Assembly: GCA_964416385.1 (NCBI GenBank)
Contig: CAYQDW010000005.1
Span: 6,544-70,543 of the forward strand
Source of the DNA: an uncultured Cryomorphaceae bacterium
GTDB taxonomy: Bacteria; Bacteroidota; Bacteroidia; Flavobacteriales; Schleiferiaceae
Length of the DNA: 64,000 nucleotides
Direction of reading: 5' to 3'
Positions 19,539 to 28,904 of the stretch are shown here, in pieces (within the stretch, counting starts at the first letter, position 1; each line of letters starts with the position of its first letter). Under the pieces are notes generated by a model. That model was not told the DNA's origin and ran no database searches. It worked only from the letters and a program-made list of their open reading frames with translations. Made by a program: the position numbers and the translations under genes.

Positions 19539-20618
19539 ATGGAACTAAAAAGAACCGCTTTTTATCAAAAAAGCATCGCGGCAGGCGCTAAAATGGTACC
19601 CTTTGCAGGATACGAAATGGCCGTACAATATGAAGGGCTCACGGCAGAACATCATATGATTAGAAAGCATGTTGGCATGTTTGATGTAAGCCATATGGGC
19701 GAATTCTTTGTTGAAGGGCCAGAAGCACTCAACTTAATTCAGTGGATTAGTAGCAATGATGCAGCAAAGCTAACACCAGGAAAAATTCAATACAGCTGTA
19801 TGCCGAATGATCAAGGCGGCATTGTGGATGATCTGCTTGTGTACTGCATTAACGAAAACGCATATATGCTCGTGGTAAATGGGGCTTGTTTAGATAAAGA
19901 TTGGGCGTGGATTAATGCACAAAATCGGTTTGATTGCACGATAGAAAACCGGAGCGATAACATCAGCTTGCTGGCAGTTCAAGGGCCTGATGCTGCAGAA
20001 GCCATGCAGAAGCTTACTTCAATTGATTTGAAAGGTATGACTTATTACACCTTTGATAAAGGCACCTTTTGTGGCTTTTCTGATATCATCGTTTCTGCAA
20101 CAGGTTATACTGGTGCTGGTGGATTTGAAATTTACATGCCTAATGAAGCTGCATCAATAATATGGGACGCTTTAGTAGATGCTGGCATTAAGCCTGCTGG
20201 CCTTGGAGCCCGTGATACCTTACGTCTTGAAATGGGCTTCTGCCTCTACGGAAATGATATTAATGATACCACCTCGCCAATTGAAGCAGGCTTGGGCTGG
20301 ATTACCAAATTCACCAAACCGTTTGTTAATAGCGAAGCCCTAAAAGCACAAAAAGAAGGTGGTGTGAGCCGCAAACTTGTAGGTTTTGAGCTCATTGATC
20401 GTGGTGTTCCACGCCATGATTACCCAATTTGCAATGCCTCTGGTGAGGTTATCGGGCAAGTAACCTCAGGTACCATGTCGCCCAGTTTAGGCAAAGCGAT
20501 TGGTCTTGGATATGTGCCAAGCGCACTTAGCAAAGTAGATTCTGAAATTTATATTGAAGTTCGAAAAAAGCTTCTTAAAGCCAAAGTGGTGAAAATCCCC
20601 TTCTATCAAAATCAATAA
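19539..20618 (+). CDS. gcvT: Glycine cleavage system aminomethyltransferase (T protein)
   Basis: MELKRTAFYQK... with VGMFDVSHMGEF, YTGAGGFEIY and GLGARDTLRLEMG motifs. Start moved to ATG 19539, which removes the overlap with miaE. Confidence 0.92.
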   Translation: MELKRTAFYQKSIAAGAKMVPFAGYEMAVQYEGLTAEHHMIRKHVGMFDVSHMGEFFVEGPEALNLIQWISSNDAAKLTPGKIQYSCMPNDQGGIVDDLLVYCINENAYMLVVNGACLDKDWAWINAQNRFDCTIENRSDNISLLAVQGPDAAEAMQKLTSIDLKGMTYYTFDKGTFCGFSDIIVSATGYTGAGGFEIYMPNEAASIIWDALVDAGIKPAGLGARDTLRLEMGFCLYGNDINDTTSPIEAGLGWITKFTKPFVNSEALKAQKEGGVSRKLVGFELIDRGVPRHDYPICNASGEVIGQVTSGTMSPSLGKAIGLGYVPSALSKVDSEIYIEVRKKLLKAKVVKIPFYQNQ

Positions 20619-20678
20619 TCTTTTTAGCAAGAAATAATAATCTAAAGCTTCGTGTTTAAACATAAATAATTCTGTGCC

Positions 20679-21488
20679 ATGCATGCGCGAGAGGACTATT
20701 TAGAGATAAACAGAAAAACATGGGACGCCAAAACACCGCTCCATATAGCTTCTGATTTTTATGATGTAGAAAGATTTATCGCTGGAAAGACATCGCTTAA
20801 TAATATTGAACTAAACCTTCTTGGTGATGTTCGCGGAAAAAAAATCCTCCATCTACAATGCCACTTTGGGCAAGACTCTATTGCGCTATCAAGAATGGGC
20901 GCAGAGGTAACAGGTGTTGATTTTTCTGAAACTGCAATTTATGAAGCAAAAAAACTGGCGAAGAAATGTGGTACAGACACCGCCTTTATTTGCAGCGATG
21001 TTTATGCGCTTAATGATGTTTTAAGCGACACATTTGATATCGTTTTTACCAGTTATGGCACCATAGGCTGGCTACCAGATTTACAACCTTGGGCAAAGAT
21101 TATCTCGTCATTTTTAAAACAGGATGGCCGCTTTGTATTTGCAGAGTTTCACCCATTTGTTTGGCTATTTGACGATTCATTTAATAATATTGTTTACAGT
21201 TACTTCAACACCGAACCCATACTAGAAACCGAAACAGGTTCTTATGCCAATCGCAAATCTGAAGCTACATTTAAGAGCATCACATGGAATCATCCATTAA
21301 GTGATGTTTTTAAAGCCCTGATGACAAATAATCTCAGTCTAGAAAAATTTCAAGAGTTTGATTACTCGCCCTACCCATGTTTTAATAATGTTGTTGAGGA
21401 AGAATCTGGTGTTTTTAGAATCGCCAATTTCAACAGTAAAATACCACTGGTTTATGCATTAGTAGCCATAAAAACCAAAATTTCTTAG
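20679..21488 (+). CDS. Class I SAM-dependent methyltransferase
   Basis: Motif I region KILHLQCHFGQDSIALSRMGAEVTGVDFS and post-I/II blocks. Substrate unknown. Confidence 0.7.
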   Translation: MHAREDYLEINRKTWDAKTPLHIASDFYDVERFIAGKTSLNNIELNLLGDVRGKKILHLQCHFGQDSIALSRMGAEVTGVDFSETAIYEAKKLAKKCGTDTAFICSDVYALNDVLSDTFDIVFTSYGTIGWLPDLQPWAKIISSFLKQDGRFVFAEFHPFVWLFDDSFNNIVYSYFNTEPILETETGSYANRKSEATFKSITWNHPLSDVFKALMTNNLSLEKFQEFDYSPYPCFNNVVEEESGVFRIANFNSKIPLVYALVAIKTKIS

Positions 21489-21713
21489 CGCAAATCCTAG
21501 CGCACAATACGCCATACAGAAGCAGCAAATCTTTTAATGCCCAAATAACGATATTGCAGTAAAAATCGCTTGTTTTATACGTAGCTAGAGGATACTGAAC
21601 GGTTTAAAATTTATCAGCAAGAAAAGCAATGGCGTAGATTTTTTAGACAGTTATTCATTGCATAATAACAATTCTACTATATTTAACACCGTATTCAATC
21701 TAACCACCTTACT

Positions 21714-22196
21714 ATGAGTCTTCACCAAAAAATTGATGAGGTAGATAAACGTATTCTACTTTTTCTCACCAAAGATGCTCGCAAGCCTTTTACAGAAATC
21801 GCTAAAGATTTAGACGTAAGTCCTGGAACCATCCACGTACGTGTAAAAAAAATGGAGCAACAAGGCCTTATTAGAGGCGCCTCCTTACACATTGATTATT
21901 CTAAATTGGGCTATTCTTTTGATGCTTATGTTGGCATTAAACTATCTAGAAGTATTCTGGCACCTCAAGTAATAAATGAACTAAAATCAATTCCAGAAGT
22001 TGTCATGGCTCATTTAGCCACTGGCAAATATGGCATCTTTTGCAAAGTGCGGTGCGCAGACGCCACGCATGGTAAAGAGTTAATTCTCAAACTGAACAAT
22101 ATTGATGGTGTGGTAGACACAGAAACCATGCTCTCTTTAGAAGAATGCATTAACAGCCATAAGCTATTGATGGAAAACATTGTAAATAATTCTTAA
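21714..22196 (+). CDS. Lrp/AsnC-family transcriptional regulator
   Basis: 160 aa. HTH (DKRILLFLTKDARKPFTEIAKDLDVSPGTIHVRVKKMEQQGLI) plus a C-terminal RAM/AsnC ligand domain. Confidence 0.85.
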   Translation: MSLHQKIDEVDKRILLFLTKDARKPFTEIAKDLDVSPGTIHVRVKKMEQQGLIRGASLHIDYSKLGYSFDAYVGIKLSRSILAPQVINELKSIPEVVMAHLATGKYGIFCKVRCADATHGKELILKLNNIDGVVDTETMLSLEECINSHKLLMENIVNNS

Positions 22197-22221
22197 ACAC
22201 CCGTAGTCTTTCTACAAAAAA

Positions 22222-22249
22222 AGCGCCCTCAATGTCAGGGCGCTTTTTA
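22222..22249. terminator. Bidirectional rho-independent terminator between convergent lrp-like and gap genes
   Basis: Perfect 8-bp stem agcgccct (22222-22229) / agggcgct (22237-22244) with a 7-nt loop, an A-run upstream and TTTTT downstream. Confidence 0.75.
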
Positions 22250-22272
22250 TTTCTATTAAATGTATTCTAGGT

Positions 22273-23724
22273 TTAATAGTAACGCTTACGTCTTACTTGG
22301 GCGATGTATTTACTCAGCCTTACTACCTGTCTGCTGTAGCCATATTCATTATCATACCACACGTAAAGGTTTACATTCTTGCCATCATTATGTACAATGG
22401 TAGCCGCACTATCAAAAACACTTGGGTGTGGATTACCTATAATGTCAGAAGAAACCAACTCGTTACTAAGAGAATAATTGATCTGTTCTACCAAATCGCC
22501 ATGAAGGGCCGCTTTACGCATTGTTTCATTAAGCTCATCTCTTGAAGTTGATTGTTCTAAAGTTAAGCTTAAAATAGCCAAAGAACCATCTGGTACAGGT
22601 ACACGAATGGCATTGCTGGTTAATTTGGGCCCTAAGCCAGGAATACATTTATCTACAGCAGAACCGGCTCCTGTTTCTGTAATTACCATGTTCATAGCAG
22701 CAGCCCTTCCTCTTCTATACTTGCTGTGCATATTGTCTACCAAATTCTGATCATTGGTATAAGCATGAACCGTTTCTATATGACCTCTAACCACACCATA
22801 AGTATCATTAATAACTTTTAACACGGGTACTATGGCGTTTGTAGTACAAGAAGCCGCAGAGAAAATATCTACTTCATTAGGATTGAAGAGTGCCTGGTTT
22901 ACGCCATGCACTATATTCGGAATACCCTTTCCCGGGGCAGTTAAGAGCACTTTGCTAATTCCTTTCGCTTTTAAGTGGCGCGCCAAGGCAACATTATCAC
23001 GAAATGCCCCTGTGTTATCAATAAGTAGCGCATTATTTATTCCATAGGCGGTATAGTCGATGTCCTCCGGATTTCCACCATCAATAATAGCGATTGGTCT
23101 ACCGTTCACCACTAAGGCCATATTTTCTGGATCTGCCTCTACTGTACCAGGAAAAGAACCATGCACGCTATCAATGCGCAAAAGCGAAGCGCGTTTTTCT
23201 AAACTCAATGCATCACTGCCTCGCGCCACAATAGCACGTAATCTTAACTGTTGACCAGTACCTTCTTGAGCAATCAACTCTCGCGCTACCAAGCGGCCAA
23301 TTCTACCAAAACCAAAAAGGACAACGTCTTTTGGTTGTGAACTATCTCTGTTTTGTGGCCCGATAAAGTCTGCGAGTTTATCTGCAACAAAAGAATCCAT
23401 AGAATTATAGGCGTCTTTTTGGTCTGCCCATTCTGCAGCCAGGCGGCCAATATCAAATCTTGCAGGACAAACGTCAGCTTTACAAATAGCGTCTAAAAGT
23501 GCTGTGGTATCATGCACCGTGATATTCTTGCCAACAAATTTGCGGGCATATAAATGCAGGTTTAAAATTTCGCTTGGTCGCTTATCAAGCACCTGGTTGC
23601 GAAACAGTACAGTTTCAATGCCTTTATCGTAAAACAAATCATGAATTGATTTTACGAAAGCTGTGGCCGCCTTTTCATTTGCAATTGTTTGAGAAACGGC
23701 ATTTTCGTAGATAGATGACGTCAT
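22273..23724 (-). CDS. gap: Glyceraldehyde-3-phosphate dehydrogenase, long (~480 aa) form
   Basis: Rossmann motif FGFGRIGRLV begins only near residue 135. Catalytic SAASCTTNA is present. The ~130-aa N-terminal extension is as in the long GapB-type enzymes. Confidence 0.85.
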   Translation of the reverse strand: MTSSIYENAVSQTIANEKAATAFVKSIHDLFYDKGIETVLFRNQVLDKRPSEILNLHLYARKFVGKNITVHDTTALLDAICKADVCPARFDIGRLAAEWADQKDAYNSMDSFVADKLADFIGPQNRDSSQPKDVVLFGFGRIGRLVARELIAQEGTGQQLRLRAIVARGSDALSLEKRASLLRIDSVHGSFPGTVEADPENMALVVNGRPIAIIDGGNPEDIDYTAYGINNALLIDNTGAFRDNVALARHLKAKGISKVLLTAPGKGIPNIVHGVNQALFNPNEVDIFSAASCTTNAIVPVLKVINDTYGVVRGHIETVHAYTNDQNLVDNMHSKYRRGRAAAMNMVITETGAGSAVDKCIPGLGPKLTSNAIRVPVPDGSLAILSLTLEQSTSRDELNETMRKAALHGDLVEQINYSLSNELVSSDIIGNPHPSVFDSAATIVHNDGKNVNLYVWYDNEYGYSRQVVRLSKYIAQVRRKRYY

Positions 23725-23793
23725 TTTTGGGGTTTAATTGAATTAAAATCGGGCGCAAAAATAGCCCAATTAAACCCCAGTACAAACCCTTGT

Positions 23794-23827
23794 AAAAAAA
23801 GAATAAGTCGCTCATTATGAACGACTT
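23794..23827 (-). terminator. Rho-independent terminator after the htrA-like gene
   Basis: On the minus strand a 6-bp stem (23805-23810 / 23822-23827) is followed by a T-run (plus-strand aaaaaaa 23794-23800). Confidence 0.5.
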
Positions 23828-23861
23828 AAACCTATATTAAAGGGTGTATTTTTTACACTTA

Positions 23862-25292
23862 CTATAGCCCAAATGCGAAGTAATCTGCCCGGCCATTAGG
23901 ATGAAATCCTTGAATTAAAACACCATCTCCCTGACCAAGTTTGGCAACAAGCTCGTGAATATCTTCTACAGCTTCTACAAATTGATTATTGACTTTTACA
24001 ATAATGAAGTCTTTAGGCACACCAGCTTTGGCCAGTTTTCCAACACCCGGGTCAACGACTTTTACGCCAAAGCGCAATCCAAAGTTTCGCTTTTCATCGG
24101 GTGTTAAAGGCTCAAAACGCGCGCCTAAAAGTTGTTCGGTCGTCATTTCCTCTTTAGAAACCAAATCTGTAGTTCCTTGCTTATTGCGCAGCACCACATC
24201 AAATTCTTTTAACTTCTTGCCACGGTAAACCGTTACTTTAATTTTATCACCGGGTCTTTTACGGCCAATTTTTTCAGTAAGCTCGGCCACCTTTGTAACA
24301 GCATCTCCATCTATTTTAACTATCACATCACCGCGCTCAATACCAGCTTCTGCGGCAGCCCCATTGCTTGGAACTTCTATAATGTATACACCAGAATTGG
24401 TACTTAGCTCTTGCTCTTTTGCTAATTCTGCCGAAACATTAGCAATGTTTACACCTAAAAACGCACGTTGTACCGTTCCGTAAGCAATTAAGTCGTCTAC
24501 CACTTTACGCACAATGTTACTCGGCACAGCAAAAGAATAGCCTTCAAAGCTCCCCGTGTGGGTAGAGATGGCTGTATTTATACCAATTAACTGACCGCGC
24601 GTATTTACTAAAGCGCCCCCGCTATTACCCGGGTTTACAGCTGCATCTGTTTGAATAAAAGATTCAATAGCGGTACGGTCGTTAATAATATTTATGTTTC
24701 GTCCTTTAGCGCTTATTATTCCGGCTGTAACCGTTGATGTTAAATTAAAAGGGTTGCCCACAGCCAGCACCCACTCCCCTAGCCGTACATCATCAGAATT
24801 AGCAAAAGATAAAGGCACAAGGTCATCGGCCTTAATCTTCAATAGCGCAATATCTGATGCTGGATCGGCACCAATTAATTCCGCCTCAAAAGAGCGATTG
24901 TCGTTTAAATTAACCTTGATCGTTTTTGCTCCATCAATAACATGATTATTGGTAACAATATAGCCATCTTCAGAAATGATCACGCCAGAACCACTACCCT
25001 CTACCGTATTAGGCCCTTGGCTTCTTCCACCATAAAAGAACTCTTCCCATGGGCTACGCTGCCTTTGCACTGACACGTTTACGTGCACAACGCTATTCAC
25101 TGACAATTCGGCAGCGGCCGCAAAATCATCTACTTGTAGGGGTTTTTGATTAGCCGTTTTAACATTGACATAACCTGGTGAATTTTCTTGAATAACAACT
25201 TGCCTAGGTTGCTGAAAAAAAGTGAGATAAACACCTAATACAAGTCCACTTGCGATAGTAGCCATCAAAAATGTTCTGATATTTTGTTTCAT
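23862..25292 (-). CDS. HtrA/DegP/DegQ-family periplasmic serine protease with two PDZ domains
   Basis: Catalytic triad contexts TNNHVI, DIALLKI and GNSGGAL. N-terminal anchor/signal. Two PDZ-like C-terminal domains. Confidence 0.9.
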   Translation of the reverse strand: MKQNIRTFLMATIASGLVLGVYLTFFQQPRQVVIQENSPGYVNVKTANQKPLQVDDFAAAAELSVNSVVHVNVSVQRQRSPWEEFFYGGRSQGPNTVEGSGSGVIISEDGYIVTNNHVIDGAKTIKVNLNDNRSFEAELIGADPASDIALLKIKADDLVPLSFANSDDVRLGEWVLAVGNPFNLTSTVTAGIISAKGRNINIINDRTAIESFIQTDAAVNPGNSGGALVNTRGQLIGINTAISTHTGSFEGYSFAVPSNIVRKVVDDLIAYGTVQRAFLGVNIANVSAELAKEQELSTNSGVYIIEVPSNGAAAEAGIERGDVIVKIDGDAVTKVAELTEKIGRKRPGDKIKVTVYRGKKLKEFDVVLRNKQGTTDLVSKEEMTTEQLLGARFEPLTPDEKRNFGLRFGVKVVDPGVGKLAKAGVPKDFIIVKVNNQFVEAVEDIHELVAKLGQGDGVLIQGFHPNGRADYFAFGL

Positions 25293-25397
25293 CGTTTGTA
25301 TGTTTTTTTGTGAAGAAATTCAAAAGCCATACCACGTAAACGCATCAAACTTTTCAATGTTATTTTATTAACAAGGTCTTAACGTAATTCAAATTCA

Positions 25398-25811
25398 TTA
25401 AAGATGATCAAAATATGGCTGCAAGATGTCAATCAACTCTTTTGGCGGTCGTTTTGGGCGCATGGTTTTTTGGTCTACAAAAACCAGTGAAACAGAACCA
25501 GTGGTTAGTAAATCACCTGCAGCATTTCTTACTTCATGTGCAAATTCTATCCTTGCTCCTTCAAGGGTTTTTATGGTGCTATGCACAGTTAGTAAATCAT
25601 CGTATTTAGCTGCTTTGTGGTAATTAATTTGAAGCTGTGTAACCGGAAGCAATGTTCCAGCAAGTTCCATATCACGATAAGAGATTCCCAGTTCGCGCAA
25701 AGCTTCTACTCTGCCAATTTCAAAGTATTGTGGATATACACCGTAGTAGACGATACCCATTTGGTCTGTTTCTGCATAGCGCACGCGCACACTACTTACC
25801 GCTTTGTACAT
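25398..25811 (-). CDS. Acyl-CoA thioesterase, 4HBT/YbgC hot-dog family
   Basis: 137 aa. The N-terminus VRVRYAETDQMGIVYYGVYPQYFEIGR is typical of YbgC-like thioesterases. Confidence 0.75.
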   Translation of the reverse strand: MYKAVSSVRVRYAETDQMGIVYYGVYPQYFEIGRVEALRELGISYRDMELAGTLLPVTQLQINYHKAAKYDDLLTVHSTIKTLEGARIEFAHEVRNAAGDLLTTGSVSLVFVDQKTMRPKRPPKELIDILQPYFDHL

Positions 25812-25931
25812 TAACCGTTGATTTTGAGTGACTTAGTGTTATTAGCACAACAAATTGTGATATTGAAGGTGAATAATTTGAGTAAAAAAAAGTGAAGAAA
25901 CAAGTTGGTTCTAGCTTTTTTGCAAACTTTT

Positions 25932-25940
25932 TTATCCACA
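25932..25940 (+). promoter_or_regulatory. Consensus DnaA box upstream of dnaA
   Basis: Exact TTATCCACA about 110 nt upstream of the dnaA ATG. A second box with one mismatch to TTATNCACA (GTATTCACA) lies at 25977-25985. Confidence 0.6.
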
Positions 25941-26048
25941 TTTTTGGGCCTGCAAATAAGCACTTATTTAACCTCTGTATTCACAGTGTAAAGGTGGTAA
26001 GTGTAGCCAAAAAGTTTAACACGCTTTAAAACCAAGGAGATTTTTTTC

Positions 26049-27482
26049 ATGGAAAAAACTGCCGAAGCCGTTTGGAATAACGCATTAGTTTTTATTAAGG
26101 ATAACATTAACGAACAAAGTTTTAAAACGTGGTTTATACCAATTAGACCTATCAAATTACAAGGTAAAGTATTGACCATACAAGTGCCAAGTAAATTCTT
26201 CTATGAATGGTTAGAAGAAAATTACATCAAACTGCTAAAATCAGCCATTACTAAAGAGTTAGGTAAAGATGCCAAGTTGGTATACAGCATTGTTATGGAG
26301 AACACCTATGGCAACGCCAACCCGTATACCGTAAAAATACCAAGTAGCAACAGGCCGCCTTTAAAAAACCCACAAGTTGCGATGCCAGTAGAAATTGGCG
26401 GGCAAGAAGGCATTCGTAATCCTTTTGTGATTCCAGGTCTAAAAAAGGTACACGTAGAAAGCCAGCTTAACCCCAACTACACTTTTGAGAACTTTGTTGA
26501 AGGTGATTGCAACAGACTCGCACGCAGTGCAGGATTTGCTGTTGCAAACAAACCTGGTGGCACTTCTTTCAATCCATTGCTTATTTATGGTGGCGTTGGT
26601 TTAGGAAAAACGCATTTAGCCCATGCCATTGGTATTGAAATAAAAGATAGATACCCCGAAAAAACTGTTCTGTATGTAAGTGCAGAAAAGTTTACGCAAC
26701 AATTCATAGATGCAATCAGAAATAACAGCAAGAACGACTTCGTTCACTTTTACGAAATGCTTGATGTTTTGATCATAGATGATGTACAATCTTTATCGGG
26801 AAAAGAAAAAACCCAAGATGTTTTCTTTGAAATCTTTAACCACTTACATCAGCACGGTAAGCAAGTCATCTTAACTTCAGATCGTGCGCCTGTAGATTTA
26901 CAAGGCATGGAGCAACGCCTGCTAAGTAGATTTAAATGGGGATTGAGTGCTGATTTGCAAAAACCTGATTTAGAAACGCGCATCGCTATTTTAGATAAAA
27001 AGCTATACAATGATGGTATAGACATGCCAGAAGATGTTGTAGAATATCTGGCTTATAGCATCAATAGTAATGTGCGCGAATTAGAGGGTGCATTGATTTC
27101 GTTATTGGCACAGTCTTCACTGAACAAGAAAAAAATCACCATTGATTTAGCTAGGCAAATGATTGATAAGTTCGTGAAAAATACCACACGCGAACTTAGC
27201 ATAGACTATATACAAAAAGTTGTTTGCGACTATTTTGACATGCCTATAGATCTTATAAAAAGTAAAACGCGCAAGCGCGAAATTGTACAAGCGCGCCAGT
27301 TAACCATGTACTTTGCAAAGCAGCTCACCAAAAATAGCTTGGCTACCATTGGTGCACAATGCGGAAATAAAGATCACGCAACAGTACTGCATGCGTGCAG
27401 AACGGTTAATAATTTGGCGGAAACAGATAAACGTTTTAGAACATACGTTGATGATCTACGAAAAAAGCTAACACTAGCATAA
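26049..27482 (+). CDS. dnaA: Chromosomal replication initiator protein DnaA
   Basis: 477 aa. Walker A GGVGLGKTHL, Walker B LIIDDVQ, sensor/box VII regions and the C-terminal DNA-binding domain (IVQARQLTMYFAKQLT...GNKDHATVLHA). Confidence 0.97.
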   Translation: MEKTAEAVWNNALVFIKDNINEQSFKTWFIPIRPIKLQGKVLTIQVPSKFFYEWLEENYIKLLKSAITKELGKDAKLVYSIVMENTYGNANPYTVKIPSSNRPPLKNPQVAMPVEIGGQEGIRNPFVIPGLKKVHVESQLNPNYTFENFVEGDCNRLARSAGFAVANKPGGTSFNPLLIYGGVGLGKTHLAHAIGIEIKDRYPEKTVLYVSAEKFTQQFIDAIRNNSKNDFVHFYEMLDVLIIDDVQSLSGKEKTQDVFFEIFNHLHQHGKQVILTSDRAPVDLQGMEQRLLSRFKWGLSADLQKPDLETRIAILDKKLYNDGIDMPEDVVEYLAYSINSNVRELEGALISLLAQSSLNKKKITIDLARQMIDKFVKNTTRELSIDYIQKVVCDYFDMPIDLIKSKTRKREIVQARQLTMYFAKQLTKNSLATIGAQCGNKDHATVLHACRTVNNLAETDKRFRTYVDDLRKKLTLA

Positions 27483-27487
27483 ACCTT

Positions 27488-27514
27488 AAGCCTCATTTTA
27501 TGAGGCTTTTTTTT
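27488..27514 (+). terminator. Rho-independent terminator after dnaA
   Basis: 9-bp perfect stem aagcctcat (27488-27496) / atgaggctt (27500-27508) with a 3-nt loop, followed by a T-run. Confidence 0.8.
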
Positions 27515-27702
27515 GCTTTAACAATCCCTTTGTTTTTTGGGGAATGAATTCAAAATCACTCCCCATGCATCCTTACATAAAACTGAACCATCATCTTGAA
27601 AAAGGTGATTTATAGACCACTAAACTCAATAGCTTCAACATTAGACGCTACCTTTTTTAAAAACGAATCAAACTGTATCTTCCGCTTATTATCTTCGTAC
27701 AC

Positions 27703-28164
27703 ATGAAAATATTAATGGTTTGCTTAGGCAATATTTGTCGTAGCCCAATGGCAGAAGGCATACTTCGCGCAAAGAGTACCCACCTACAAATTGAAGTTGA
27801 TTCAGCTGGCACCAGCAGTTATCATTACGGAGAAAACCCTGATGTGCGTGCTGTACATACACTTCGTAAAAAAGGCATAAACATCAGCAACCTTATTGCA
27901 AGACAGTTTACCACGGCAGATTTTGATGCCTTTGATATCATTTTTACAATGGATAAGAGCAACTATGATAATGTTATTGCTTTGGCACGCTCTAACCAAG
28001 ACAAACAAAAAGTGAGGATGCTGGTAAATGAACTACATCCAGGCAGCAACGGCGAAGTACCTGACCCGTATTTTGGCGGAGATCAAGGGTTTGAAGATGT
28101 TTATAACCTAATAGATGAAGCCACCGACAAATTTTTAATGCGACTGCAAAATGAAGTTCAATAA
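27703..28164 (+). CDS. Low-molecular-weight protein-tyrosine phosphatase
   Basis: Active-site P-loop VCLGNICRSP (CX5R-S) at the N-terminus and DPYFGG with the catalytic Asp near the C-terminus. 153 aa. Confidence 0.85.
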   Translation: MKILMVCLGNICRSPMAEGILRAKSTHLQIEVDSAGTSSYHYGENPDVRAVHTLRKKGINISNLIARQFTTADFDAFDIIFTMDKSNYDNVIALARSNQDKQKVRMLVNELHPGSNGEVPDPYFGGDQGFEDVYNLIDEATDKFLMRLQNEVQ

Positions 28165-28861
28165 AGGCATTCTCTATCTCATTCCAAATTTATTAGGCGA
28201 TTGTGAACCATTAGAAGTGCTGCCGCTAAGTGTTAAAAAAACAATTGACAGCATAGACCACTATATCGTTGAAAATGAGAAAAGCGCCCGTGCATTTATT
28301 AAGCGCGTTGTTCCTAAAAAACCTCAGCCTGCACTCCATTTATACATCCTAAACAAATACACTGAACCAACTGAGTATAGCAGATTTTTAGATCCATGCC
28401 GAGCGGGAAAACCAGTGGGTATCATCAGCGAGGCTGGCGTGCCTTGCGTGGCAGACCCCGGCCAGGCCATTGTAGAAATAGCCCATAGAGATGGCATACG
28501 TGTACTGCCAATGGTAGGACCTAATTCTATACTACTTGCCCTTATGGCAAGCGGCATGAATGGCCAAAGCTTTGCTTTTAATGGATACTTACCCATAGAG
28601 TCTAATGCCCGAAAAAAAGAACTGCGCAAACTAGAAGTACTGGTTAGAAAAGGTCAAACCCAAGTGTTCATGGAAACGCCCTATCGCAATATGAAAATGC
28701 TTGAAGATGTATTAATCGCCACAGATGACGCCATCAAGCTTTGTATTGCCGCAGACATTAGTTTACCTACTGAATTTATCCAAACCAAAACCATAAAGCA
28801 GTGGCGCAACAACCTGCCTAACCTACACAAAAGGCCTTGTATTTTTGTGTTGGGCACATAA
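28151..28861 (+). CDS. SAM-dependent methyltransferase, tetrapyrrole-methylase fold (RsmI-related)
   Basis: LYLIPNLLG N-terminus and ISEAGVPCVADPG block are characteristic of the RsmI-like family. Overlaps the phosphatase gene by 14 nt. Confidence 0.7.
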   Translation: MKFNKGILYLIPNLLGDCEPLEVLPLSVKKTIDSIDHYIVENEKSARAFIKRVVPKKPQPALHLYILNKYTEPTEYSRFLDPCRAGKPVGIISEAGVPCVADPGQAIVEIAHRDGIRVLPMVGPNSILLALMASGMNGQSFAFNGYLPIESNARKKELRKLEVLVRKGQTQVFMETPYRNMKMLEDVLIATDDAIKLCIAADISLPTEFIQTKTIKQWRNNLPNLHKRPCIFVLGT

Positions 28862-28904
28862 AATACAATCAGAGAAAACTTAAAGCTATGCGCTTAAACC
28901 AAGA

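Noticed and set aside
27538-27565. Hairpin (tgggga / tcccca, 16-nt loop) and AT-rich sequence after dnaA, considered as oriC or an sRNA
   Set aside because: The stem is weak and the loop long. There are no DnaA boxes and no T-tract, so nothing supports a call.
28324-28629. 101-aa antisense ORF inside the RsmI-like methyltransferase gene
   Set aside because: Shadow ORF. The sense frame carries the family motifs.
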